This document shows positions 46,205 to 55,470 of a stretch of 64,000 nucleotides of DNA, one piece after another. The position numbers and the translations under genes were made by a program. The notes under the pieces are model-generated. The model saw nothing but the letters and a program-made list of their open reading frames with translations. It was not told the origin of the DNA and did not search any database. The stretch is taken from contig DASRXM010000016.1 in assembly GCA_035654155.1 (NCBI GenBank), positions 10,924 to 74,923 on the forward strand. Direction: 5' to 3'. Each line of letters begins with the position of its first letter. The stretch's first letter is position 1. The DNA is from Candidatus Babeliales bacterium. Lineage in GTDB: Bacteria; Vulcanimicrobiota; Vulcanimicrobiia; Vulcanimicrobiales; Vulcanimicrobiaceae.

Positions 46205-47749
46205 TTAACGTATTCGCTCGTTCGCATAATCGAAGAGCGCGTCGGGCCCCTCCTCCTGGCGCGGCCTGGACGGCGCCGCGTTGCCGTCGACGCGAAGCCG
46301 AACCTTGAGCGGCACGCCGAGCACGTCGGCAATGGCCGCTTCGATGAGCGCCAGGTGCTCCCGCAGCGCGTCGGCGCGCCAGTTATCCGGCAGCTTGAGC
46401 ACGACCGCGTTGCCGTCCAACGCCTCGATCTCCGTTCGCGAAAGCGGAACGCGCAACGACTGCCGCTGCCCTTCCACCTTACTGCGAATGGTTTGCCATG
46501 CGGCGCGAATTTGTTGCAATGAAAGTGCCGGCGCGGCCTCGACGCCGTTTCGTTCGGCACTCCGCCGCGCGGATGCGCGCGGGACCTCGCTCGGGTGTTC
46601 GCCCGACGCTCGTCCTTCGAGGGCGGCCACGCGTGCGGCGAGCGCGTCGAGCGTTGGGTCTTCGCCCGCGTATATGAACCGCAGTAGCGCCGTCTCCAGC
46701 TCGAGCCGCGCGTTGCCGCCCGCGCGGCCCAGCGAAAGCGCCTCGCCGAAGGTACGCAAAGCGCGCAGAATCGCCGGCTGCGAGATGCTTTGCGCTTGAC
46801 CCACCGTCGCTTGTACGTCTTCCGGCGCTAAGTCGCGCTCCAGTAGCGCAGGATCGACGTGCGCGACGAGCAGGTGACGAAACGACGAAATCAGGGCGCG
46901 GATGAGCACGGTAAAGTCGGCGCCGGCGTCGCTGGCTTCGCCGACGGCGGCAAGTGCCGCGCTGCCGTCTCGCGCAATCGCCGCATCGACGAGCTTTTGC
47001 GCGAAGCTCCGTCCGGTCGATCCGAACGCCAAGTCGAGCGTCTCCGCGGTCGCCCGCTTCCCGCCTGAGAACGCAGCCAGTTGCTCGAGCATCGTCAGCG
47101 CGTCCCGCAGACCCCCGTCGGCGCGATACGCGATCGCCGCCAACGCGTCGTCGCCGACGGCAATCTTTTCAGCCTTTGCGATCTGCTTCATCTTTTCGAT
47201 CATCACCGGCACGGCTATTCGGGCAAACGAATAACGCTGACAGCGCGACAAGATCGTCACCGGAAGCCGCTCGGGTTCGGTCGTCGCAAGAATAAACACG
47301 GCGTGCGCCGGCGGCTCTTCGAGCGTTTTTAAAAAGGCGTTCGCGCCCTCTTTGGTCAGCATGTGCGCCTCGTCGATGATATAGATCTTCATCCGCATCG
47401 TTGCCGGCGCAAATTTCACAGCTTCGCGAAGGGCGCGTATCTCCTCGATCCCGCGGTTGCTGGCGGCATCGATCTCGAGCACGTCCAGCGCCGTCCCGGC
47501 CAGCATGGCCCGACAATTATCGCAGGTGTTGTCGGGAACGGCCGTCGGCCCGTTCTCACAATTGATGCAACGTGCTAGAATCTTGGCAGCCGAGGTTTTC
47601 CCTGAGCCCCGTGGCCCGGAGAAAAGATATGCGTGGGCGAGCTTTCCGCTTTCGAGCGCTGCGGTAAGCGTACGGACGACGGCGTCTTGACCCACCAGAT
47701 CGGCAAAAGTCAGGGGGCGCCAGGTACGGTAGAGGGACACGGCGCTCAC
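46205..47749 (-). CDS. dnaX: DNA polymerase III subunit gamma/tau
   Basis: YRTWRP..F..LVGQ, Walker A GPRGSGKTS, Zn module C..C..C, DEAHML, SRCQ. Confidence 0.95.
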   Translation of the reverse strand: MSAVSLYRTWRPLTFADLVGQDAVVRTLTAALESGKLAHAYLFSGPRGSGKTSAAKILARCINCENGPTAVPDNTCDNCRAMLAGTALDVLEIDAASNRGIEEIRALREAVKFAPATMRMKIYIIDEAHMLTKEGANAFLKTLEEPPAHAVFILATTEPERLPVTILSRCQRYSFARIAVPVMIEKMKQIAKAEKIAVGDDALAAIAYRADGGLRDALTMLEQLAAFSGGKRATAETLDLAFGSTGRSFAQKLVDAAIARDGSAALAAVGEASDAGADFTVLIRALISSFRHLLVAHVDPALLERDLAPEDVQATVGQAQSISQPAILRALRTFGEALSLGRAGGNARLELETALLRFIYAGEDPTLDALAARVAALEGRASGEHPSEVPRASARRSAERNGVEAAPALSLQQIRAAWQTIRSKVEGQRQSLRVPLSRTEIEALDGNAVVLKLPDNWRADALREHLALIEAAIADVLGVPLKVRLRVDGNAAPSRPRQEEGPDALFDYANERIR

Positions 47750-47876
47750 ACTTTAGCAGGTTGTTTGGCTGCGCCTGCCGGAGGGTACGCTTGCAACATC
47801 CTACCTGGATAGCGGTTTATGGTATTTGCTTCCCAGGCGGTAGCTTTGGGTTAATTTTGGAATAAGAAAGACGTCC

Positions 47877-49517
47877 GTGGACCTGCGCGCAGCGCTTAAA
47901 GAGAAGTTCGGATTTGCCGGTTTTTACCCGGGCCAAGAAGAGGTCGTGTCACGCGTCCTTAGCGGTCAGGATACCCTTGCAATTCTCGCCACGGGAGCAG
48001 GCAAGAGCCTGACGTACCAGCTTCCGGCGCTGCTGATGGAAGGTACGACGGTCGTGGTAAGCCCGTTGATCGCGCTGATGAAGGACCAGCTCGACATGCT
48101 GCGCGACCGAGGCATCACCGACGTCGTGGCGCTCAACTCGACGCTCTCCGAAGATCAGGAGATCCGGGCCCGCGAACGGATCCGCTCCGGCACCGTGCGG
48201 ATCGCATACACGACTCCCGAGAAGTTGGAAGACGAGAGCTTTCTTCGGCTGCTTCAGTCGATTCGCGTTCCATTGTTCGTCGTCGACGAGGCGCACTGCA
48301 TCAGTCAGTGGGGCCACGATTTTCGACCGGCTTATCTTGGGCTGGGCGCGGTGATCGCCAAGCTCGGCCATCCGCCGGTTCTCGCCTTGACGGCAACCGC
48401 GACGCCCTCCGTGCGCGAGGACATCCTGCACCAGCTCGGCATCGATCAAGTCAAGCCCATCGTTCGGGGCTTCGATCGGCCAAATCTGATTTACGAAGCG
48501 CGCAAAGCCGACAAGGAAGCCGACAAGCTGAAAATCCTTACCGCGCTTTTCACGGGCGAACAGGCCCTCGAAGGCACCGGCATCATTTACACCGCGACCA
48601 TCAAGAACGCGCTCGAGGTGCAACGCTACCTCACCCACGAGCTAGCCATTCCGGCGGCGGTCTATCACTCGAAGCTTCACAAAGAAGACCGCACCCTGGT
48701 TCACAACCTGTTCATGGACGAAGCGATTCGGGCGGTCGTCGCGACCAATGCGTTCGGCCTGGGCATCGATAAGCCCAACATCCGTTTCGTCGTGCACTAC
48801 GATCTACCGGGATCGCTCGAAGCGTATACGCAAGAAGCCGGCCGTGCCGGGCGCGATGGCTTGGCGTCGCGCTGCATTCTCATTTACCGTATGAGCGACA
48901 CGCGGGTCCAGAACTACTTCCTCACCGGCAAATATCCCGACGTTGAAGAGGTCCAGCGGGTGTTTGGAACGATCGAGGTCTTTGCGGATCAGGACGGCGG
49001 CGTTTCGATGGTAGATCTCCGTAAGATTCTTCAACTTCCGTTAACCAAACTGAAAGTTATTCTCGCGCTGCTCAAAAAATCCGGATATATCGAGCACGTT
49101 GGAAAGGCTGCATACGGGCTAACGGAAGCGGTGCGCAAGCATCGCGACTTGATGCTGAATCTCGCGAACTACGAAACGAAAAAATCCTACGACCAAAGCA
49201 AGCTCGCCATGATGCTGCAGTACGCCGAAACGACTGCCTGCCGCCGCCGTTTCATCCTCAACTATTTCGGCGAGGATTTCAACGCGACGAACTGCGGCGC
49301 GTGCGACAACTGCCTGCGGGCCCTTCACCAGGGTCTCGACGAGCGCGTCGCCACCGGCGGATTCAAGATCGCCGACGTCGTGTATCACGCCAAGTTCGGC
49401 GTCGGCACGGTCGAGCGCGCCGAGCGCGACTTGGTCACCGTGCTCTTTCCGAGCGTCGGGTATAAGACGCTGCTGGCCTCGGCGGTCCGACACGCCGCCG
49501 CAGCGCAAATTGCCTAG
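47877..49517 (+). CDS. recQ: RecQ-family ATP-dependent DNA helicase (no HRDC; short C-terminal Tudor-like tail)
   Basis: GTG start. Motifs TGAGKSL, DEAHCISQWGHDFRPAY, TATAT, and the RecQ Zn-binding region (CRRRFILNYFGE....CGACDNC). The C-terminus reads FKIADVVYHAKFGVGTVE. Confidence 0.9.
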   Translation: MDLRAALKEKFGFAGFYPGQEEVVSRVLSGQDTLAILATGAGKSLTYQLPALLMEGTTVVVSPLIALMKDQLDMLRDRGITDVVALNSTLSEDQEIRARERIRSGTVRIAYTTPEKLEDESFLRLLQSIRVPLFVVDEAHCISQWGHDFRPAYLGLGAVIAKLGHPPVLALTATATPSVREDILHQLGIDQVKPIVRGFDRPNLIYEARKADKEADKLKILTALFTGEQALEGTGIIYTATIKNALEVQRYLTHELAIPAAVYHSKLHKEDRTLVHNLFMDEAIRAVVATNAFGLGIDKPNIRFVVHYDLPGSLEAYTQEAGRAGRDGLASRCILIYRMSDTRVQNYFLTGKYPDVEEVQRVFGTIEVFADQDGGVSMVDLRKILQLPLTKLKVILALLKKSGYIEHVGKAAYGLTEAVRKHRDLMLNLANYETKKSYDQSKLAMMLQYAETTACRRRFILNYFGEDFNATNCGACDNCLRALHQGLDERVATGGFKIADVVYHAKFGVGTVERAERDLVTVLFPSVGYKTLLASAVRHAAAAQIA

Positions 49518-51111
49518 GGTACTGTTGCTCGCGGCGCTCGCCGCGATCTACGCTGCCGCTTCCGGACAAGTCCCCGCGCCATCGCCTTCCCCCATGCCCT
49601 CGGCGACGCCGGTCGCGACGCCGCCAGGCCCCAGCGGAGCGCCGACCGCCACGCCGCCGCCCATCGTCGTTACGCCGGAAGCCGCCTCGGTGCCGCTGGG
49701 CTCGCCGATCGATCTGACGGTCGGTTCGGCGATCAGTCCGATCGCCGCGGTCGTCGTCGACCCATCCATTGCCGCCGTCGAAGTGAATCAAAACACTTCG
49801 CGCGTCACCATCATCGGCAAAGCGCCAGGGACCACCGTTGTAACGATTAGCGACGCGCGCGGCTTGCGGCGCGACGTCCCAGTACGGGTCGCCTATTACG
49901 CCGGTGCGATCGCTTCCAAAGTCAACCTACCGTTGACCGGAAACCCGGCTTCGGGAGAATTCGTGCGCGAGCAGGTCGCACAGGCGGTTAAAGAGGCGGC
50001 CCAAGCGCGCCCCGGCGCGCAGGTGCTCGTAACGTCCGACGACGTTCCTTTGCACCACGCGCTCGCGCAGGATGACGTGGCCTCGTTCGACGTGCCAGTG
50101 CTGATTCAAGGAAACCAGTTTTTCGAGGTAGACGGCGCAACGCACGTCGACGTGCAGAACGTCGCGGTCCCGCGCATCTCGCCCGATTCCCTAATGGTCA
50201 GCGATTACCCGGAACGCTTGACCGAAAACGGCACGCTCTTTACCGCCGATCTGCAATACCAGCAGCCGTCGCGCTTTCTTTACTTCCATTACAATCCACC
50301 CGGTCAGCCGGACCGGCGCATCGTGCTTCGAGCGCAGAATCCTTCGCGCGAACCTTCGATCGTGCAGTTTATCAGCGGGCGCGGCGGTCCGTCGCCGAAC
50401 GAGATGACGGCCGGTCATGCTGCTACGGAGCGCTTTTTAGTGAACGTCGTGCAGAACCAAGGGCGGTTGCTGACCTTGCCAGCGAACAGCTCGACCGACA
50501 TCGTAACTCAGGAGTTGCCGGCCGGTGACGTCGTCTGCAACCTCCTGCAGCTTCGCGTGCTTTCCGGTGGAAACGTCCATTTGACGCTGTTCGCTCAAAA
50601 CGCCGACGAGAGTCCCGAAGCGACCCTCGCCGACACGGAGCTGCTGGAGAGCACCCATCAACATGCTCGGGGCATTTATCCGATCGCCGAGTTTCATTTC
50701 GCGGCGCAATGGCGAGTCGAGGATGAGTATCTCGAGCTGCCGGTCGGCCAGCTCCCGTTACCCAACCACATGCGCGGGCAGGCGCTGTCGGGCGACTACG
50801 GGGTTCTGCAGTCGTTCGTAGTCAACGTTGAGAACCCGTCGGGTACGCCGCAGGCCGTTGCGCTTTACGAAAACCCGCGGGGCGGTCGCGCGACCGGCAC
50901 GTATCTAATCGACGGCGTCCTCGTCCAATCGCACCAAGTCCCGCCCTACTCGCGCTACAAGGTCCGCCAGTACATCGTTCCGTCGCACGGTTTTGTACGG
51001 GTGACGATCGTCACGATGCCGGAAGCCGGCTCGAACCTCCCGGTGCACTTGATCTTCGCGCCCGACGACGGCAGCGTCGCGCCCGGCGCACCCGGGTCAC
51101 CCGTCTATTGA
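49510..51111 (+). CDS. Secreted protein of unknown function (N-terminal Pro/Thr linker and a pilus-N/BIG-like beta domain)
   Basis: TTG start overlapping the recQ stop by 8 nt. Signal peptide, PSPSPMPSATPVATPP linker, then a VTIIGKAPGTTVVTISDARG beta-sandwich-like unit. I do not recognise the remaining ~400 aa. Confidence 0.6.
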   Translation: MPRVLLLAALAAIYAAASGQVPAPSPSPMPSATPVATPPGPSGAPTATPPPIVVTPEAASVPLGSPIDLTVGSAISPIAAVVVDPSIAAVEVNQNTSRVTIIGKAPGTTVVTISDARGLRRDVPVRVAYYAGAIASKVNLPLTGNPASGEFVREQVAQAVKEAAQARPGAQVLVTSDDVPLHHALAQDDVASFDVPVLIQGNQFFEVDGATHVDVQNVAVPRISPDSLMVSDYPERLTENGTLFTADLQYQQPSRFLYFHYNPPGQPDRRIVLRAQNPSREPSIVQFISGRGGPSPNEMTAGHAATERFLVNVVQNQGRLLTLPANSSTDIVTQELPAGDVVCNLLQLRVLSGGNVHLTLFAQNADESPEATLADTELLESTHQHARGIYPIAEFHFAAQWRVEDEYLELPVGQLPLPNHMRGQALSGDYGVLQSFVVNVENPSGTPQAVALYENPRGGRATGTYLIDGVLVQSHQVPPYSRYKVRQYIVPSHGFVRVTIVTMPEAGSNLPVHLIFAPDDGSVAPGAPGSPVY

Positions 51112-52113
51112 TTCGTAAGCGCGTTGCGCCGTCAGCGCGCCGTCTGCCCACGAGAATCGAGCGATACACCGCGCGCGAGCGAGCTCCGTCGTGGGCTCAT
51201 CGCGGCTGTTCAGCGCTGATGTGAGCGCGTCCGCCCAGGCGCCGGGGTCTTGCGCCGCAACCACGCGCGCGTCGCTCCCGGCGATCTCGGGAAGCGAGCT
51301 TCGATCCGAAACGACGCAGGGAACGCCGGCGCAGAGCGCTTGCGCGGCGGCGTAACCGAAACCCTCATAGAGCGACGGAACCGCCGCCGCCGCACAACTC
51401 CCATACAGCGCCAAGAGCTGCTCGCGCGACACGTAGCCCGGCATCTCGAGGCGCTGCGCAACGCCCAGCCGCTGTGCGAGCGCAGCGCACTCGCCGGCGT
51501 ATGGCGTGTGGGGACCGACCGCAATCACTCGCGCGGCTTGTAGTTTCGAAAGCGCGCGAACGAGCACTTCGAGATTCTTGCGCGGTTCCACCGTGCCGAC
51601 CGCCAGAATGGTCCGCCCGTCGCTTTGTCGTCGGACCGTGCTGAAATCGTCGGCCACTCCGGGATAAAGAACCTCAACCCGGGCGGGATCGAGGTCGCAG
51701 AGCGCCAGCAGCCGCCGGCGCGAAAAATCGGAATCTACGAAGACTTTGCGCGCGCGGCGGTATTGCCGCAGCGAAAAGCGGCCGAAGTACAATCGCGCGT
51801 AAAGGGGTGCATGGCTTTGCGCTTCGTGCCAAGCGAGATCGTGCACGGTCACGACGATCGGGAGCGCGCTTGCCGCGGGCATCGTTCCCGACGCGCAGTG
51901 CAACAATTGGGCACCGGAAGCTCGGGCGCGGCGCGGAAGGAGCACCTGATCCCAAAATACGCGGCGGTCGAACCGCCATGGATCGAGTCCAGCCTCGCGC
52001 AATTCGACCACGTCGAGGCCGCGCGCACGTAACGCGCCGGCGAGCCCGCGAACGTACTCGCCGATTCCGGTTGCCGTTCCGACGGTCAGCTGAGCGTCGA
52101 GCGCCGCCCTCAC
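51097..52113 (-). CDS. Glycosyltransferase, GT4 (GT-B, Glycos_transf_1)
   Basis: GTG start (GTGA overlap with the TPR gene). C-terminal EGFGYAAAQALCAGVPCVVSD....E motif. Confidence 0.85.
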   Translation of the reverse strand: MRAALDAQLTVGTATGIGEYVRGLAGALRARGLDVVELREAGLDPWRFDRRVFWDQVLLPRRARASGAQLLHCASGTMPAASALPIVVTVHDLAWHEAQSHAPLYARLYFGRFSLRQYRRARKVFVDSDFSRRRLLALCDLDPARVEVLYPGVADDFSTVRRQSDGRTILAVGTVEPRKNLEVLVRALSKLQAARVIAVGPHTPYAGECAALAQRLGVAQRLEMPGYVSREQLLALYGSCAAAAVPSLYEGFGYAAAQALCAGVPCVVSDRSSLPEIAGSDARVVAAQDPGAWADALTSALNSRDEPTTELARARCIARFSWADGALTAQRAYESIDG

Positions 52114-52958
52114 CGCAAATCACGTTCCAGCGCCCGCACCATCAGCGATCCCTGATCGATCGCGCGAGCACGCGCGAGGTAGCGTTGCGCGCCGGCACGA
52201 TCTCCGCTCTCCCAAGCGACTACGCCGAGGCCGGCGATTGCATCCGCGCTCAGCGGATCGATCTCGGCCGCCCGGCCGAAAAGTTGCTGCGCCCGGCGAC
52301 GATCGCCGGCGAGATCGGCCTGATTCGCGGCAGCAACGAGATAGCGCTCTGAAAACGGCGCGAGCGCGACCGCAGCATCGAAATCGCGAAAGCCGCGTTG
52401 CAGCCACGCGCGTTGAAGCGCGCTGCCCGGAATCTGCCGCCAGGCTTGGCGGTTTGCGAATAAGCCCATTTCCCAATCTGCTTGCGCGACCGCATCGGGG
52501 TGGGTTCGGTCGTGGGCAAGACGCGTTCGCAGCAGGCCTTCCAGCGCGTACGCGGCCGCCGGGTCGCGAAATGCCAGCGCCTGCGCTTGACTGTTGATTG
52601 CATCGGGGTCGGGTGCCGCGAGGAAGTACTCTTGCGCCAGCAATGGCCGGCCGCGCAGGAGCGCCACGCGCGCCAAGAGTTCGTCGCGCATCGGCGACGC
52701 CGGCAGTCGCACGGCGTAGCGTTGCGCGGCATCGGCGTCGCCTCGGTCAAGCGCTTGGGCTGCGAGTGCCTCCTCGACGTACGGCGCCGGCGCCAGGCGG
52801 TCCAGCGCGCGATAGACGGCAATCCCCAACGCGGGCGAAACGGCGCGCGGGATCGTTCCCTCTGCCGCCGCGTTTCGACTGAGCGCATCGGAAGCGAGTT
52901 GAACGATGCCCAGCGCCACGAGCGTCACCGCTACGATCGCGCCCAGCGCCCACCGCAA
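52110..52958 (-). CDS. TPR-repeat protein with an N-terminal TM anchor
   Basis: N-terminal hydrophobic helix, then repeated Ala/Leu-rich 34-aa-type units (e.g. RRRAQQLFGRAAEIDPLSADAIAGLGVVAWESGDRAGAQRYLARARAID). Confidence 0.7.
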   Translation of the reverse strand: MRWALGAIVAVTLVALGIVQLASDALSRNAAAEGTIPRAVSPALGIAVYRALDRLAPAPYVEEALAAQALDRGDADAAQRYAVRLPASPMRDELLARVALLRGRPLLAQEYFLAAPDPDAINSQAQALAFRDPAAAYALEGLLRTRLAHDRTHPDAVAQADWEMGLFANRQAWRQIPGSALQRAWLQRGFRDFDAAVALAPFSERYLVAAANQADLAGDRRRAQQLFGRAAEIDPLSADAIAGLGVVAWESGDRAGAQRYLARARAIDQGSLMVRALERDLR

Positions 52959-52992
52959 GAACGCGTAGCGCCGAGGCGCGGCCGCAGCGGTA

Positions 52993-54084
52993 TCAGAATT
53001 TAACGGTAAAGTTTACGTCCTCGCGGGTTTGCGTGCTTCCGTTGATCGGCAGCAGGCTATCTTGGAAGCGATCTTGGAACGCCGAGATCGAGAGCGAGCT
53101 GGACATCCGAGGAATGTCGAACGTGAGCCCTCCGCCGTAGGAATTGTTGATCGTGTCGAGATTGGCCAAACCCGGCAAACCGTATGCGCCATACAGCCGC
53201 TGCGCGTCGTAATTCAGATTCAAGGTCAATCCGTGTACGACCGGGACCGAGACTCCGGCGCCAAGCGAAAGCAGATTAACGTCCGCGTAGTTTGGAACGG
53301 CCAGCGACGCACCAACGCCCGGAACTTGCCACGCCGGCGCATTAGGCGCCGGGTTTAGCGAGGCGCTATCGCTGGCGCTTGCGACGTGCTCGTACTCGCT
53401 TGAAAGGTTCAGGTTCAGATTGCGCTTGCCGGCCCGCAGGTCGAAGTTTGCGCCACCGTCGTACGACGCATCGTGCGACGCAATGTCGACGGTCTGCGTC
53501 GCGTTGTCACGTGAATCGAACTGCGCCAGGCCGGTCTGCGCCGGCGTCGAGAGGAAGTCCGCTCCGTGAAGCTGTGGAGGCGCGAATGCGATCGTTCCCG
53601 GTGCGGGCGAAATGTTCGGGGCCGGCGGCTCCGGCTCGTACGGCGCAGCGAAGAGAGCCGTCGAAGGCGTCGCCGCGGCCGTGCCGATTGCAATTGACGG
53701 CTGGGAGAAACGCACCGCGCTCGAGATCGTACCGAACCGTCCGGCGTCGTTGGCGGGCGAACCTTGCGTGGCGAGATCGCGCATCGTCAACTGGTCCTGC
53801 GCGAACTGCGCAGCCGTTGAGATGCCATAGGATTTCGCCTCCGGAGCGGCGACCTGCAGCGCTAACTCGCGAAACGGAGACTCGCTGATTCGATCCCCGA
53901 GCGTGGCCGCAAATGAAGCGCGCGAGTCGCTCGTCTCGCCGAAAACCCGCAGCATGAGTGCCGAGCCCATATCGATTCCGCTGCCTCCGGCGGGTAGCTC
54001 GGCTCCCGCGACCGCGGCACAACAAAGCGCTAGCGTAAGCAGCGTGAGCGCTGAAGCTTCCGCAACGCCGGTGTAACGACGCAC
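52993..54084 (-). CDS. Putative outer-membrane beta-barrel protein
   Basis: Signal peptide. Alternating-hydrophobicity, Gly/Asn/Ser/Tyr-rich C-terminal half. The terminal ...VNFTVKF ends in Phe, as in a typical OMP beta-signal. Confidence 0.5.
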   Translation of the reverse strand: MRRYTGVAEASALTLLTLALCCAAVAGAELPAGGSGIDMGSALMLRVFGETSDSRASFAATLGDRISESPFRELALQVAAPEAKSYGISTAAQFAQDQLTMRDLATQGSPANDAGRFGTISSAVRFSQPSIAIGTAAATPSTALFAAPYEPEPPAPNISPAPGTIAFAPPQLHGADFLSTPAQTGLAQFDSRDNATQTVDIASHDASYDGGANFDLRAGKRNLNLNLSSEYEHVASASDSASLNPAPNAPAWQVPGVGASLAVPNYADVNLLSLGAGVSVPVVHGLTLNLNYDAQRLYGAYGLPGLANLDTINNSYGGGLTFDIPRMSSSLSISAFQDRFQDSLLPINGSTQTREDVNFTVKF

Positions 54085-54109
54085 CTCTCCTCCTTTTGCT
54101 GCGGGCTTC

Positions 54110-54532
54110 TTAGCTTGGAGGTCGGGCAGCTTCTCCCCTTGCGAGAAACCGCCGAGCGATCAAGATTGCGGCGTAATCGTCGATCGGCCGGGGCGGCAGC
54201 TGAAGCCCAATGGGGACCAGCCGGCGCCAGCCACGGGGCGGATGGTCGGCAAAGTAGAGGATGCGAGCCGCCCGGCTGGTCTCGTACTCGTCAACTAGGT
54301 GGATAGGGAGGCGCAGGCCCTCCAGCGCAGCTCTGATGGGCCGCGAGTTCGTGCCTCGGCCTAGCGCTATCGCTCGGATCGCTCGCCGCGCCGCCAGCCA
54401 CTGCAAGCGCGGCCCGAGACAGTCGACCGGCTCGATTCCGGAGTCGATGACGGCGCCTGAGGCGTCGAGAAGCGCGTACCCGGCCTTCGTCCGGCCCGGG
54501 TCGACCCCGATGACCGCCTGACCCGCGGTCAC
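54110..54532 (-). CDS. YqgF/RuvX-like (RNase H-fold) putative nuclease
   Basis: 140 aa. VIGVDPGRTKAGYALLD N-terminal acidic motif and a later VDEYETS acidic motif. GTGA overlap with the upstream gene. Confidence 0.5.
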   Translation of the reverse strand: MTAGQAVIGVDPGRTKAGYALLDASGAVIDSGIEPVDCLGPRLQWLAARRAIRAIALGRGTNSRPIRAALEGLRLPIHLVDEYETSRAARILYFADHPPRGWRRLVPIGLQLPPRPIDDYAAILIARRFLARGEAARPPS

Positions 54533-55470
54533 GGGCGCTGGGTCAGGACGATAACTACGGGGATCGCGCCGACGTGAGGATAGTAATCCTCTGCTGCAAA
54601 CGCCGTGAGCAGATACGTTCCGGACTTGTTGATGCGTTGCTGCATCTGTTGCGCGTCGGGAATCAGCTGCAGCGGAGCGAAAGTTTCCGAAAGGAAGGGC
54701 GGCAAGTCGGCCCGCCGCGCCGCGATCGTCACGTAGTTTTGCAGCTGGCTGAGCGCGATATTGATGCTCGCCCCGCTCTTGCCGGGAATAACGAGTTCTG
54801 CGATGACTTCGTTCTTCCGAAAGTACAGTGTATCGGCGATCACCTGAATCGCAAAGTGAATTTGATCGTTCTCGAACAGGTTCTGATCGGACGTCACCGT
54901 CAGCATAACGTTGGTTTGAGAAAGCTTCGCGCGAGTCGTCAGGTCGTTGGCTAAGCCGCTGAGCTTTTTATCGGCGTCGGGCGGAATCGCGTACGCCCTC
55001 AGACCGAAGCGCGGATACGTGGCATTCACGTACTTGACCGCAAAAAAGTAATAATCCCGGATGGTCGCTAAACGCTGCGCGGGCGTCGCCGACTGCGCGA
55101 TGATGCGATAGAACGGAACCATCAGCGTATCGACCGGTAAAACCAGCCGTCCAGTATTAACTTTGGTTTCCAAGTCGCGCTGGCGCGCCTGCAGTTCGCC
55201 GATCTGCGCGTTGAGGGAGTTGAGCTTGAAAAATGCGGTCTTAACCTCCTGCGACGCCAGGATCGCGACGAGCGAAACGACCAGCGCGATCACCATGCCG
55301 GTCGCGATGGCGACGATCGTCGACGTATACCGCGGGCGAATTCCGAACAAGCTCAAGCGCCGCCGTCCGACCTGGTGGCCGACGCGATCCCCGACGTAGG
55401 CGACGGCGCCGGCAAGCGCCATTACCGCGGCGATGTTTCCGATCCCACGGATGAACTCGACGAAGTTCAT
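54529..55470 (-). CDS. Membrane-anchored coiled-coil protein, DUF3084-like
   Basis: Trimmed to ATG 55470 (ATGA overlap with the lptF/G stop). Two N-terminal TM helices flank a basic loop, then a coiled coil (LNAQIGELQARQRDLETK). The family assignment is from memory of cyanobacterial DUF3084 proteins. Confidence 0.45.
   Translation of the reverse strand: MNFVEFIRGIGNIAAVMALAGAVAYVGDRVGHQVGRRRLSLFGIRPRYTSTIVAIATGMVIALVVSLVAILASQEVKTAFFKLNSLNAQIGELQARQRDLETKVNTGRLVLPVDTLMVPFYRIIAQSATPAQRLATIRDYYFFAVKYVNATYPRFGLRAYAIPPDADKKLSGLANDLTTRAKLSQTNVMLTVTSDQNLFENDQIHFAIQVIADTLYFRKNEVIAELVIPGKSGASINIALSQLQNYVTIAARRADLPPFLSETFAPLQLIPDAQQMQQRINKSGTYLLTAFAAEDYYPHVGAIPVVIVLTQRP

Noticed and set aside
47750-47876. 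Possible SRP (4.5S/ffs) RNA upstream of dnaX, a common location in other bacteria.
   Set aside because: I could not find the conserved SRP domain IV motifs on either strand, and the region is only ~125 nt. It is more likely the divergent dnaX/recQ promoter region.
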